Shown: positions 1 through 9,427, counted from the stretch's first letter. The stretch is DNA of 64,000 bases from a virus (IMGVR_UViG_3300048672_000970:64001-128000); one strand, 5' to 3'. Notes: generated by a model not told the origin, from the sequence alone. Numbers and translations: made by a program.

Positions 1-64
1 AAACGAACTGAGGTGGTGATGACTAATGCTGTAATTATCAAAGGCATCACCAAGTTGAAGTAAA

Positions 65-111
65 TGTAACACCGGTTGACAGAATTGGGGATGGACGTTA
101 AAAAACCATCC
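65..111 (+). promoter_or_regulatory. Early sigma70-type promoter with TGTAAC upstream box
   Basis: TGTAAC(65)-N5-TTGACA(76)-17 nt-TAAAAA(99); GGATGG/CCATCC inverted repeat flanks the -10. Confidence 0.6.
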
Positions 112-140
112 TATCAAAGTTATCTTTCAATGGAACTAAA

Positions 141-542
141 ATGTTCATCACCAATCTGCCGCAAATCGAGGTTGTAAACGGCAACCATCCTGATGCCGAT
201 ATTTTGATTCAGATTGCCGATCCTGATGTCAAAGCATTCGTCAATCCCGCAAAGCATTTCCGCGAGATTCATCAGTTTCAATTTTGGGATGCGGAAAACG
301 ATACCCCTGTTCCTGGGGATGAAAAGTTTTCTGTTCGCCAAGCAGAAATCATTGTGGGTGTTCTTCAGTCGGCACTTGAGCGTGAAAAGAATGTTGTGGT
401 TCACTGTCACGCTGGGCGTTGCCGAAGCGGTGCAGTGGTTGAGGTTGCGGAAATGATGGGGTTCAAGCCGCTGCATAACAATCGTCAACCGAATGTGCGG
501 GTCAAGACGATGCTGATGCGCGAACTTGGCTGGTACTATTAA
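141..542 (+). CDS. Protein-tyrosine/dual-specificity phosphatase-like protein
   Basis: HCHAGRCRSG = CX5R P-loop active-site motif. Confidence 0.85.
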   Translation: MFITNLPQIEVVNGNHPDADILIQIADPDVKAFVNPAKHFREIHQFQFWDAENDTPVPGDEKFSVRQAEIIVGVLQSALEREKNVVVHCHAGRCRSGAVVEVAEMMGFKPLHNNRQPNVRVKTMLMRELGWYY

Positions 543-555
543 CTAGGAGAAACAA

Positions 556-975
556 ATGAATGGACTTGAAACTGTGAAGGCATACATTGATGCTCATCAT
601 GTGCTCGAAAAAGCAGAAAACGCAATCCGCGCATACGCGCGGCAGCAAATTGACATTACCGTTTCCGTACTGAATGACGTTGGTATGCCGCAAGAAATGC
701 CGCAAGACTATGCGTGGCTGGCATATAGATTTTTCGATTACTTTGAAGTGACTTTTTCAGATGGGATTATCAGTGTTGAACTATGGTCGCGCGGCCAACC
801 TGATGAAAAGATGCGCGAGTTTGACCTTGATGCCGATATTCTGGATGATCACCCAGAAAAGTTTGAGCAACGACTCCGAAATGAGCTTCAGAGGGCAATT
901 GAGCAAAAGGCTGTAAATGACCGTCAACGGATTCAGAACGAAATCGACCGCCTTCAAAATTTACTAAAGGATTAA
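556..975 (+). CDS. Hypothetical protein (member of local paralogue family A)
   Basis: AGGAG SD; C-terminal DILDDHPEKFEQRLR resembles ORFs at 6.8-8.8 kb. Confidence 0.7.
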   Translation: MNGLETVKAYIDAHHVLEKAENAIRAYARQQIDITVSVLNDVGMPQEMPQDYAWLAYRFFDYFEVTFSDGIISVELWSRGQPDEKMREFDLDADILDDHPEKFEQRLRNELQRAIEQKAVNDRQRIQNEIDRLQNLLKD

Positions 976-979
976 AAAA

Positions 980-1414
980 ATGACCTATCTGCACCTAAAT
1001 GTCAGCAAGTTCACCTGGGAAACCAGACAAGCTGACCCATATGTTCGATATGATCGCGCTGACACGGTTACGCAATGGGACGTGCACGGTATTTCTCTGT
1101 CCGATAAGGATGGAGAGTACGCGCTTCCCGTAGATTTTCCTGTTCAGGTGGGTGATAAAGTTTATGTCGTCTATGCCATTTATAGCAGTGGCGACACATT
1201 TCATCGAGATGTGTCTTCTAACTTTGAAGTGATTTCATTCCATAAAAATTATGACATCGCCATGAAAAATCAGGAAGCTCTACAAGAACTGCACAAAAAT
1301 GCGCAAATGCAAATCGAGTATGACTCTGGTGCAGTCGTTAAGCGATATTGCCCGTGGGATGGCTATTTTGAAAGCCTTGACAATGTGATTGTCGAAGTGT
1401 ACACGGTTGACTAA
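980..1414 (+). CDS. Hypothetical protein
   Basis: AAGGA SD, operonic with upstream ORF. Confidence 0.7.
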   Translation: MTYLHLNVSKFTWETRQADPYVRYDRADTVTQWDVHGISLSDKDGEYALPVDFPVQVGDKVYVVYAIYSSGDTFHRDVSSNFEVISFHKNYDIAMKNQEALQELHKNAQMQIEYDSGAVVKRYCPWDGYFESLDNVIVEVYTVD

Positions 1415-1416
1415 AG

Positions 1417-1466
1417 TGTAACAGTGCTGTACTTCCATGATAGATGGATGTACAATTGATCTATCA
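1417..1466 (+). promoter_or_regulatory. Early promoter with TGTAAC box
   Basis: TGTAAC-N5-TGTACT-17 nt-TACAAT(1451), extended TG; TGATAGAT/ATCTATCA inverted repeat straddles -10. Confidence 0.75.
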
Positions 1467-1483
1467 ACTAATGGAGAATTTTC

Positions 1484-1660
1484 ATGAATATCCCGAATCA
1501 CCTACACCAAGAAATCATGGCAGCGTATGCTGAAATGTTGGATGAATGCCGCGGCGCGGCTCAAGAACTGTGCAACGATGCCTTTTCACAAAAAGTGAAA
1601 AAGTGGGAACAAGTTTTTGAACAGGCTTTATTGACCCCGAGTGATACTGAATTGGCCTAA
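1484..1660 (+). CDS. Small hypothetical protein (~58 aa, below ORF-track cutoff)
   Basis: GGAG SD, ATG right after promoter, open to TAA at 1660. Confidence 0.5.
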   Translation: MNIPNHLHQEIMAAYAEMLDECRGAAQELCNDAFSQKVKKWEQVFEQALLTPSDTELA

Positions 1661-1739
1661 ATTTGTATAAAGTTTTACCGTTCTCTCGATCAGCTAATGA
1701 AGAATGACTTTTGGAAGGTTGAACCTTTCATTCTGCAAA

Positions 1740-1787
1740 TGTAACGGTTGTTGACGCTGATGGAAGAACAACTTACGATTCTTCCAT
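1740..1787 (+). promoter_or_regulatory. Early promoter with TGTAAC box
   Basis: TGTAAC-N5-TTGACG-17 nt-TACGAT; ATGGAAGAA/TTCTTCCAT inverted repeat flanks -10. Confidence 0.7.
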
Positions 1788-1803
1788 AAAACTGGAGTAA
1801 AAA

Positions 1804-2274
1804 ATGAGCAAGTTTAAGCTGAAGATGTCACCTCACACAGTCGGTCAAAAGCCGACTGATGAGAATTTCCTGGATTTCGGTGTGTATCGCACCAAGGAAT
1901 CGATTGTGAATACATTGTGTTCACGCCTTTGGGGCGAGTTTATTGGGTTTAGTAGTGACCGCCACTACAGCAATGTTATTTCATTTAGCGTGGATGGCGA
2001 GCGAGTTGTTCGTGTCTACTCGCTCGAAAAGCATCGTCGGAAGATGAAGGAAATTACCCCACGCGTTCTGACAAAAGATGAAAAGCGTAAATTCAATACG
2101 ACTGACCGTTCTGCACGAATGACCCGTGAAGCGGTTGTTTCCAGAACTTACTGGACAGCGGTGTACTACGATATTCCTGAAAGAGTGTTGAAGTTTTTCA
2201 ACATTCGAGTTGAACAAGGTAATCGCACTTTTACCATTAAGAAACCTGTAAGGATACATCATGCAATCTTTTGA
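1804..2274 (+). CDS. Hypothetical protein
   Basis: GGAG SD, first ORF after promoter. Confidence 0.7.
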   Translation: MSKFKLKMSPHTVGQKPTDENFLDFGVYRTKESIVNTLCSRLWGEFIGFSSDRHYSNVISFSVDGERVVRVYSLEKHRRKMKEITPRVLTKDEKRKFNTTDRSARMTREAVVSRTYWTAVYYDIPERVLKFFNIRVEQGNRTFTIKKPVRIHHAIF

Positions 2275-2836
2275 AAATGGAAAAAGCCCGTATGTGGTGG
2301 GTGAGGTTGGCACTGTCGGGGATGTTATGCTGCGGGTTGAAAAATCTTCGGAATATTCTTGTAACGGGTGCTATTTTGACCAAGCAGACGACGGTAGATG
2401 TCTTCGCCCACTCTCAGTCAGATCATGTTCAGGGCAATACAATAAAGGAACTTACGTTAAGTTCATTCAAATTTTTGAGGAACCGAAAAGTGAGCAGGTT
2501 TCTGCTGAAGCAGTTCTCAAGCGGATTGCCGCTGAAATTATTTCCCCGAATGGCGGTGATAGCATCCTAAATCACTATCACCTAGAGTTCCATGATTCGG
2601 GTAGTAATTCATACTGCCTCATTAACGACCTTAGTAAAATGGACGTGAGTCTACTTGCCAATGTGGTAGCATACGGTTTCAAACCTTCACAATGGACGGT
2701 GATTCCTGTCGATGACCATTACATCGTGTTCATGCAAGGTAACAATGTTCAAACTATTCGTGGCACTTTTGCGCAGTGTGAGAGTGCAGCGAAAGATAAG
2801 CTCATTCTGCATGGCCCAATCCAAATTCCGAAGTGA
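2261..2836 (+). CDS. Hypothetical protein
   Basis: AAGGA SD, overlaps upstream stop; contains CxxC/C cluster (CNGCYF...CL...SC). Confidence 0.65.
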   Translation: MQSFENGKSPYVVGEVGTVGDVMLRVEKSSEYSCNGCYFDQADDGRCLRPLSVRSCSGQYNKGTYVKFIQIFEEPKSEQVSAEAVLKRIAAEIISPNGGDSILNHYHLEFHDSGSNSYCLINDLSKMDVSLLANVVAYGFKPSQWTVIPVDDHYIVFMQGNNVQTIRGTFAQCESAAKDKLILHGPIQIPK

Positions 2837-2841
2837 TTAAG

Positions 2842-2891
2842 TGTAACAGTGATGTACTTTCTTGATAGGTGGATGTACAATTCATCTATCA
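2842..2891 (+). promoter_or_regulatory. Early promoter with TGTAAC box
   Basis: TGTAAC-N5-TGTACT-17 nt-TACAAT(2876); near copy of the 1417 promoter. Confidence 0.75.
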
Positions 2892-2909
2892 ACTTTCAAA
2901 GGATGCCGC

Positions 2910-3161
2910 ATGAAGTTCTTCGCAATCCAGCATAGTCAACAGCCTGAACTGTTCCTGTGTTTCAATAGTGAATTTGGATACGGCTCTTGGCAGCCTATGT
3001 TCGATTTCACTTCTTGTCGTATTGGTGAAACGTTTGAAAATGTTGAAGATGCCAAAAGGCATTTGGAGATGGTTCGTGGGTTGAAGTTGAGAGACAGTCA
3101 ATTTGCAAAAATTGTCAGCATTGATGTTGCCATCAATGTGCAAGTTTCTGAACTGGAATGA
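2910..3161 (+). CDS. Hypothetical protein
   Basis: AAGGA SD before ATG 2910 (ORF-track start 2862 lies inside the promoter). Confidence 0.65.
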   Translation: MKFFAIQHSQQPELFLCFNSEFGYGSWQPMFDFTSCRIGETFENVEDAKRHLEMVRGLKLRDSQFAKIVSIDVAINVQVSELE

Positions 3162-3201
3162 TTGGTTATACGTGTATTGACCTGAACAAAGGACTTTCAA
3201 A

Positions 3202-3558
3202 ATGATGCAAACTGTTAACACGCGGCTTGACACTTCTAACTGCAAGGGATGGAGCGACGAGAGTCGTTATGAGGAACTGTATAAAATCCTTGGACTCGAC
3301 CTACTTCGAGTCAAAAGCGTGCCACAAATCGGCACCGTTATGGTACTTGACCAAAGCACCATCCGCCCGACCCGATGGGAACAGGTGATGAAACGTGTCA
3401 AAAAAGACTACCCAAATGCAGACACCCACCGTGTCAAACTTGAGTTGACACTGCTGTCTATTGAACAACGGATTTTTTCTCCGTTTGATAATTCGATTTG
3501 TGATCTGGAGCTTGATGAAGCGATGACGCTGGTGTTCAAGATGGACATCAAATTTTAG
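3202..3558 (+). CDS. Hypothetical protein
   Basis: AAGGA SD; ends in TAG. Confidence 0.65.
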   Translation: MMQTVNTRLDTSNCKGWSDESRYEELYKILGLDLLRVKSVPQIGTVMVLDQSTIRPTRWEQVMKRVKKDYPNADTHRVKLELTLLSIEQRIFSPFDNSICDLELDEAMTLVFKMDIKF

Positions 3559-3577
3559 GATTGACAAAGGAACTAAC

Positions 3578-3763
3578 ATGAAATTCCTTCAAATGCTTGC
3601 TTCGCCGTGGCTTGCCCTTTACATCCGAATTCGCTACGGCTCAACCCCTGGTCTTGCATATGGCTTTGCAACCGTGATGAACTGGTTCATCGCCATCATG
3701 GAAATCGTTGCCGTCTGTGGCATTTATGCCGCCTACTCTTTCATTTCGTACATCGTTCGTTAA
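3578..3763 (+). CDS. Small membrane protein
   Basis: AAGGA SD; hydrophobic segments. Confidence 0.6.
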   Translation: MKFLQMLASPWLALYIRIRYGSTPGLAYGFATVMNWFIAIMEIVAVCGIYAAYSFISYIVR

Positions 3764-3774
3764 GGAGAACTCTC

Positions 3775-3900
3775 ATGCAAACTGGAAAGACCATCATCAA
3801 GACTGAAAAGACGAAGGTTCGTAAGGAACCTAATAAGAAGGTTCAGAAGTGGGTTCGCAACAGCAACAAGCGTAACTTTGACATCAAAAAGCTGAGTTAA
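3775..3900 (+). CDS. Small basic peptide (41 aa)
   Basis: AAGGAG SD; MQTGKTIIKTEKTKVRKEPNKK..., Lys/Arg rich. Confidence 0.55.
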   Translation: MQTGKTIIKTEKTKVRKEPNKKVQKWVRNSNKRNFDIKKLS

Positions 3901-3945
3901 ACCACGGGGCATTAAATGACGCCCTCAATCATTTAAGGACTTAAC

Positions 3946-4671
3946 ATGTCTTTCGGACAGACTTTCAAGGATTTCGTTGCTAATGGCATCCTCACGCCTG
4001 CCATTAAAACTAATAATCTTCCGCCCGCATTCATTAGCATCCTGGACGCTTTGGCGGAAAAGGCGGAAGCGATGCGACCAATTAATGTCCCAGCCATCAC
4101 GGTTTATGAAAAAGATGGCGTCTACTTTGTCAAATGGGTTACCTACTGGTTCACTAACGACCCACGGTTTCCCGGTATGGAACTTCCAGTGCATATTCTG
4201 GATTATCCCGATGAGCAGATTGTTGCGGCCTATGAAAAGTGGCTAATTGAACAGCGCCAAAAGCAATTGCTTGCTGGAATCCGTGAACTACAAACAGAGT
4301 TCACAGCTCTCAAAGCGTGGCGAGAGGAACTGCAAAACCTTCTCACTACTGCACTGTCTGATGAGCAGAAACGCCAGCTCATGATTGCCGCCAATTCCAC
4401 CGCCATGAATGGCGCGTCAAATCGTGTTCTGCCGAATAGCCAAGAAATCATGCAAATCATTCGTGACCGTTTTTCAGAAGAAGAATGCAAAAACAATCTT
4501 CGTCTATTTCGTGGTTCAGAAGTTATGGGCGTCTACTGGCCGGGCAAGGTTACGGACTATAGTGGAAATTATCATCGTCCAGACTGCATCACGGTTGAAT
4601 ACACTTCTCTTGATGATTCAGAAGAAGATATGTGGCGTCACATTTATAAGCAACTGGAAATTGAGGTTTAA
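3946..4671 (+). CDS. Hypothetical protein
   Basis: AAGGA SD; central coiled-coil-like segment. Confidence 0.7.
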   Translation: MSFGQTFKDFVANGILTPAIKTNNLPPAFISILDALAEKAEAMRPINVPAITVYEKDGVYFVKWVTYWFTNDPRFPGMELPVHILDYPDEQIVAAYEKWLIEQRQKQLLAGIRELQTEFTALKAWREELQNLLTTALSDEQKRQLMIAANSTAMNGASNRVLPNSQEIMQIIRDRFSEEECKNNLRLFRGSEVMGVYWPGKVTDYSGNYHRPDCITVEYTSLDDSEEDMWRHIYKQLEIEV

Positions 4672-4740
4672 CATGAGCAAAATAGTAGAGTTGAAAATCA
4701 GTATTGAGAAGTTTGCTAAGAAGCTTCAGCGCAAGCACAA

Positions 4741-4780
4741 TGTAACAACAGTTGACACGGTGTTGACCTTCAGTTAAACT
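4741..4780 (+). promoter_or_regulatory. Early promoter with TGTAAC box
   Basis: TGTAAC-N5-TTGACA-17 nt-TAAACT. Confidence 0.7.
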
Positions 4781-4810
4781 AGCGACTTCAAACTTAAAGG
4801 AGTATGTGAA

Positions 4811-5017
4811 ATGAGTTACACCACCCTTGATGCGGTTATCGCACGTCTGCAAGAGCTGCGCGCAGAAATTGGAAACGCTACATGTCTGACTGATGAGGGC
4901 TACCAGCTTGGCATCGTGCATGCAACTGATTGTCGATTCCTTAATGATGTGGCTGGCGACTGGCAGCTTGATGTAAATGACCTGAAGAACGGTATCATTT
5001 TGATCTGCGCGGATTAA
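4811..5017 (+). CDS. Hypothetical protein
   Basis: AAGGAG SD after promoter. Confidence 0.6.
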   Translation: MSYTTLDAVIARLQELRAEIGNATCLTDEGYQLGIVHATDCRFLNDVAGDWQLDVNDLKNGIILICAD

Positions 5018-5076
5018 CGCTCGGCGTCACGTGTTCATCTGATAAAATTTGCCAACGTCCACTAAAGGATAATCCA

Positions 5077-5769
5077 ATGTCTCTCCATCCCAATGCTGAT
5101 AAGCTGGTTATTGCAGCCCGCTATTTCCTCGCTGGCGGCAACTACACGAATGCCCAGCGCGCTCTTGAACTTGTGGTATCAACGCTAGATGGACAAGTGC
5201 GCAATGATGGCCGCCCGGCCATCATCCATCAGATTTCGATGTTTCACCATCTGCGAAGCTTCCGGGATACGATTGGAAGTTTCGTCTTGAATGGAAGTTT
5301 CGTCAGTGCCAACCAAAATAGCATAGACGTTGATGCATGGGATTTCGATTGTCTGGCCGCAGCGATCCTGCTACACGATATGCAAGAAGACTTCCCTGAC
5401 ATTTGGGCCGCCAACTCGTTCAAATTTGACGAACCTGTTAGCATGCTGGTGCATCTGCTTTCCAAGCCGGCTGCGAAGGTTGAGTTTCCTGTTTACATCG
5501 AAAGCATCCTTCAACACTCTGCTGCGGCTCCAGCCTATATGCTCAAGCTCATCGACCGGATTAACAACATGAGCACCGCCCCTGGCACGTTCAAAGCCGA
5601 CAGGCTGCAACGTTATCTTGACGAGTCTGAGTACATGATCAAGCAAGTGAAGCGCGTTCGGCGCACGGTGCCGGCTCTGGAAGGCGTCTTCGATGCGTTG
5701 AAAATCAACCTGATTCATTTGGTTGACATCGGCCACACTGTCCTCAAGCTTCGCCAAAATGAAAATTGA
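5077..5769 (+). CDS. HD-domain hydrolase, RelA/SpoT-hydrolase (Mesh1)-like
   Basis: HQ..H motif, AAILLHDMQED and LKLIDRINNM match the (p)ppGpp-hydrolase HD pattern (LLHDxxED ... KxxDRxxN). Confidence 0.75.
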   Translation: MSLHPNADKLVIAARYFLAGGNYTNAQRALELVVSTLDGQVRNDGRPAIIHQISMFHHLRSFRDTIGSFVLNGSFVSANQNSIDVDAWDFDCLAAAILLHDMQEDFPDIWAANSFKFDEPVSMLVHLLSKPAAKVEFPVYIESILQHSAAAPAYMLKLIDRINNMSTAPGTFKADRLQRYLDESEYMIKQVKRVRRTVPALEGVFDALKINLIHLVDIGHTVLKLRQNEN

Positions 5770-5959
5770 GTTCGTAATCTTTCCGGCCATTTTTGCTCTG
5801 TTGGCGCTACTGGCGTTATGCTTGGTTAGTGCTAACATCCTCATACATGATGAAATGGGCACCCTGTCTCCGTACACTAAAGACGATGTGAAATTGCTCA
5901 TCTGGGCGTTTCTCGGATTCTTTGTGGTAACGGGTGTTATGACTGTATTCACTTTTTGA
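5759..5959 (+). CDS. Small two-TM membrane protein
   Basis: Two hydrophobic stretches; overlaps HD gene stop. Confidence 0.55.
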   Translation: MKIEFVIFPAIFALLALLALCLVSANILIHDEMGTLSPYTKDDVKLLIWAFLGFFVVTGVMTVFTF

Positions 5960-5965
5960 AAGATA

Positions 5966-6018
5966 TGTAACACCTGTTGACGAACTTAGGAACGAGGTGT
6001 TAGAATTCATTCATCAAC
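5966..6018 (+). promoter_or_regulatory. Early promoter with TGTAAC box
   Basis: TGTAAC-N5-TTGACG-18 nt-TAGAAT followed by TCATTCATCAAC. Confidence 0.7.
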
Positions 6019-6036
6019 TTTTTGAAAGCAGAGAAC

Positions 6037-6315
6037 ATGCAACGCACCTTTTACGTCATCCGAATTGCTGGAACTGATAAGTACATTCAGCCACTCCATG
6101 AAGGAAACCGCTTGGCAGTTCGTGATGATTTTACCTATATGGCCGTCTGCGATACTGGCTATACTGCATGCTGGTATAACGCCCTGAAATTTTCATCAGA
6201 CGAGTTGGCTAATTATTGGTTGCCCGCGCTAGAAGACATTAATGGCGGTTTTCTGAACCTGCAACGTAATGAAGTGGAGATTGTAAAAATCACTGTCAAC
6301 ATGGAGGTGGTCTAA
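6037..6315 (+). CDS. Hypothetical protein
   Basis: First ORF after promoter. Confidence 0.6.
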   Translation: MQRTFYVIRIAGTDKYIQPLHEGNRLAVRDDFTYMAVCDTGYTACWYNALKFSSDELANYWLPALEDINGGFLNLQRNEVEIVKITVNMEVV

Positions 6316-6498
6316 ATGACAAAACTTCTTTTCCTAGCGGCCTTGTTTTCATCAGCCGCCTGCTGGGCAATCATTATCGATTTGGTCAACTGTGTTAAAA
6401 TTGACTGGAAACGAGTGGGGTACACCGCTCTGGCGGGAATGCTGTTCGGAGTGTGTGGCCTGATTGTCTATCAAATGTTCACTGAAAAGGTGATGTAA
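6316..6498 (+). CDS. Small membrane protein
   Basis: GGAGG SD; two hydrophobic segments. Confidence 0.6.
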   Translation: MTKLLFLAALFSSAACWAIIIDLVNCVKIDWKRVGYTALAGMLFGVCGLIVYQMFTEKVM

Positions 6499-6499
6499 G

Positions 6500-6826
6500 A
6501 TGCTTAAAATTGTTTTCAACGCAGCTATGCAAAAGCCCCGAGACTATGAGGCTCATAACTGCATCATCGCCCATAATGACAGTGTTCTGCTGAAAAATGC
6601 AGAATATGTATTTCGCCGATATGAAGAAAGCGAAGGCGCTTTTACGACGTTCTTCATTTCGCAAGCAACTCAACTTGATGCTCTGCGATTGATTGCGAAA
6701 CGCCGGCAAAAGGATTTTGAACTGGTGATGGATGGCAAGTCGGTGATTATCAGCAAAGGGTATTACACTGAGCCGCATCACTCTTGCTACAATATCTTTG
6801 ATGCCATTCTCAGCGAGCTGCTGTAA
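6500..6826 (+). CDS. Hypothetical protein
   Basis: Operonic spacing. Confidence 0.6.
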   Translation: MLKIVFNAAMQKPRDYEAHNCIIAHNDSVLLKNAEYVFRRYEESEGAFTTFFISQATQLDALRLIAKRRQKDFELVMDGKSVIISKGYYTEPHHSCYNIFDAILSELL

Positions 6827-6835
6827 GGATTAATC

Positions 6836-7144
6836 ATGCATTCTGAAAAAGTTAAAAACTATCTGCAGGCGCTAGAAGTGCTGGGCGACACGGAACCATT
6901 GCTGGAACAACTTGCTCGCCAGCAAATGAATATCTATGACCAGTGCAAGCATGGTCGAAACTATTGGTTAGGGCAATATTTTGAGTTCCGTCAGCATTAT
7001 GATGGTTCACTGCTGTGTATCAGCTATGAGGAACCTGGAGCCTTTGGTGACCATCCGAGAGAGGTTAATAGATGTATTCTGCACGAGTACATCATTGCTG
7101 GCGAACCGGAAAAATTTGAACAACTGCTAAGGAACGGAAAATGA
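6836..7144 (+). CDS. Hypothetical protein (family A)
   Basis: AAGGA SD; YIIAGEPEKFEQLLR. Confidence 0.65.
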   Translation: MHSEKVKNYLQALEVLGDTEPLLEQLARQQMNIYDQCKHGRNYWLGQYFEFRQHYDGSLLCISYEEPGAFGDHPREVNRCILHEYIIAGEPEKFEQLLRNGK

Positions 7145-7617
7145 TTGATAAGAAGATTGACTATAAACAGGCCGTTACCGAGTTTGTTGAAGCGCAAAAG
7201 GTCGTCAATGCGAAACATGTGTATATGCAAGACCTTGCTATTAAGCAGTTTCAAATCATGCACGACCTTGAAACCTTAATGAATTTTGATTCTACTTCAA
7301 GCGACTGCATCGATATCTATTGGGAATCAAGAATTGACTGGAAATTTGAGGTTCGTGATTATACCAAATTTCCAGACAGGCTTTTCTGCATTGGATTCAA
7401 CGAACATCGAGATGTGGTATGCAATTTTTGGTTGGACGAGGATATCATCAGTGGGGATGCTGATACATTCCGCGTTAATTATTCTGAATCGCTGGAAGCA
7501 CTGACAAAGAAACGAGAGACTTCACAAAAGAAAGCCGTTAAGCGGGCGAATGCTAAACGCTTGAAAGAACTCCAGACTGAGATTAAACGTCTGCAGCAGC
7601 AAATGGAAGGAAATTGA
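7141..7617 (+). CDS. Hypothetical protein (family A)
   Basis: ATGA overlap; DIISGDADTFR plus coiled-coil tail. Confidence 0.7.
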   Translation: MIDKKIDYKQAVTEFVEAQKVVNAKHVYMQDLAIKQFQIMHDLETLMNFDSTSSDCIDIYWESRIDWKFEVRDYTKFPDRLFCIGFNEHRDVVCNFWLDEDIISGDADTFRVNYSESLEALTKKRETSQKKAVKRANAKRLKELQTEIKRLQQQMEGN

Positions 7618-7618
7618 A

Positions 7619-8029
7619 ATGAATACCACCCAACAAACTATGGCAATGATCGGCTCGCAACTTTTTGCGGCCCAAACAACTCACGTGATGCTTATCAAAT
7701 GGGCTAAGGCCCAAGCGGAAATTATTCTGGATGTTCAGAAGGAAACTGGTGTGAATTTATGTTGTCGAGATGGTATTAATGTTTTACCAGAACGATGGAT
7801 TTTCACAAGTGTAGTGGATACTCAGAAACGGTTTTACGATGACGATAATCCATATCACATTTATTGTGATGGATATAAAAACATCGATAGCACTAGTGTT
7901 GCGTTCCCTGATATGACCTTTGCGATGGGGTTTGTGCTGCATCCATTGATTGTGGCCGGAAATACCGTTGGCTATGAAAAGTTTTTTCGGGCAGAACTTA
8001 TTGAGTATGCTGGCCGAAACCTTCGATAA
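7619..8029 (+). CDS. Hypothetical protein (family A)
   Basis: LIVAGNTVGYEKFFRAEL. Confidence 0.7.
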   Translation: MNTTQQTMAMIGSQLFAAQTTHVMLIKWAKAQAEIILDVQKETGVNLCCRDGINVLPERWIFTSVVDTQKRFYDDDNPYHIYCDGYKNIDSTSVAFPDMTFAMGFVLHPLIVAGNTVGYEKFFRAELIEYAGRNLR

Positions 8030-8045
8030 CATGAAAGGGCTGAAA

Positions 8046-8453
8046 ATGAACATCAAAGGGCTTTATGAAAATGCGCTTGACGCACTACAGCATGCAGAAC
8101 ATGAGGTTGCTAAAATTGCTGTCCGGCAGCATGCAATTATGCTTGAAGAATGGGAACATACTTCCCCAAATACTAAACCTGAATTTGATGTACAGTTGTT
8201 GTGGCATCTAGGGAATGATTTTCCAAAGGTATTAATCAGACTTGACGCGGATTGTGAATATGCCATAACCCGCCATCCATCTCCATATCGAGGTAAGGGG
8301 CGATTTATGTTTCGTGAAATTATTGACGAAGACTCAGATGGCAGTGTATATGGGGCAACTATCATTATCGATGATAAGATGCTTAACGGTGATGAAGAAG
8401 GTTTTCGCCAAGAGCTTCGCGCTATTATTGAATCCACGCGGGAACGGCAATGA
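8046..8453 (+). CDS. Hypothetical protein (family A)
   Basis: KMLNGDEEGFRQELR; clear similarity to next ORF (IIDEDSDG vs VIDEDSHCG). Confidence 0.7.
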   Translation: MNIKGLYENALDALQHAEHEVAKIAVRQHAIMLEEWEHTSPNTKPEFDVQLLWHLGNDFPKVLIRLDADCEYAITRHPSPYRGKGRFMFREIIDEDSDGSVYGATIIIDDKMLNGDEEGFRQELRAIIESTRERQ

Positions 8454-8809
8454 ACCTATACGACCAGTACACACCGGCCAAAATTGCTCTTTCAAATATT
8501 GAAAACGAGCTGGCACAAATTGCCATTCACCAAAATGACATTATGTGGGATGCTTTAGAAAATATGTCTTGGAATGTGTATTGGGTGGGGTGTGAGTTCG
8601 GTGCCGATTTGTACAAACTGGCAAATGGAGAAACCACTTGGGGGTATGAGGTTGAGTTAGAAGATACTCGAATTGTATGCCGTCAAGTGATTGACGAAGA
8701 CTCCCATTGTGGCACTACATACGGTTTCCACATTGTCATCCACCCACTCATGCTAGAAGGTAATGAAGAAGCTTTCCGAGCGCATTTCATTGACTCACTT
8801 AAAGTGTAA
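8450..8809 (+). CDS. Hypothetical protein (family A)
   Basis: ATGA overlap; LMLEGNEEAFR. Confidence 0.7.
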   Translation: MNLYDQYTPAKIALSNIENELAQIAIHQNDIMWDALENMSWNVYWVGCEFGADLYKLANGETTWGYEVELEDTRIVCRQVIDEDSHCGTTYGFHIVIHPLMLEGNEEAFRAHFIDSLKV

Positions 8810-8858
8810 CAGTGCTGGACTTCCCGAAGAACCCGAGCTATAATTCATTCATCAACTT
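8805..8858 (+). promoter_or_regulatory. Early promoter with TGTAAC box
   Basis: TGTAAC-N5-TGGACT-17 nt-TATAAT then TCATTCATCAAC. Confidence 0.75.
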
Positions 8859-8870
8859 AAGGAGCTTGCG

Positions 8871-9296
8871 ATGATTTACACGATTATTGGTTTCAAGAAC
8901 GGTTATGACGCCTGGCGCAACCGCGAACGAGATTATGAAAACGACAAACCCATGGAATGTCGCATCAAATCATTCCGAGAAAATGAGCGTGAGGCATTCA
9001 TGCAAGAATGGGCGCATGAAGATGTTTTCTGTGAATATGACCATTTTGAAATCCTTTTGAATGGCATCAACGAGCATGATATGACTGACCAAGAGTGGGA
9101 AGAATTTAGCGTGCTTGAAAAGGCAATACGTGAACAGTATATCCCCGCTGTGCGGGCCGCCAAGGTGGCTGCTGAGGCTGAAGAACGCGAACGGCGTGCA
9201 AATGCTGCTGTTGAACAGGCTAGGCGGCTCGCGGCGCAAAACCGTGAAAATGACCTTCGAGCCTTCAACGAACTGAAGCGTAAATTGAACATGTAA
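8871..9296 (+). CDS. Hypothetical protein
   Basis: AAGGAG SD; Ala/Glu/Arg helical C-terminus. Confidence 0.7.
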   Translation: MIYTIIGFKNGYDAWRNRERDYENDKPMECRIKSFRENEREAFMQEWAHEDVFCEYDHFEILLNGINEHDMTDQEWEEFSVLEKAIREQYIPAVRAAKVAAEAEERERRANAAVEQARRLAAQNRENDLRAFNELKRKLNM

Positions 9297-9427
9297 CAGT
9301 GCTTGATTTGCTGCAACGGTAAAACCGTGTTACAATACGTTTGAAACAGTTATGAGATGGATGCAAACCGGCGTTAGCTTGTAACTGTTTTGAACGTGTA
9401 AATAATTGATGAACACTGTGTTATAAT
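9292..9427 (+). promoter_or_regulatory. Promoter region of tRNA cluster (two -10 boxes)
   Basis: TGTAAC at 9292, TACAAT at 9331, TATAAT at 9422 with upstream TG. Confidence 0.55.
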
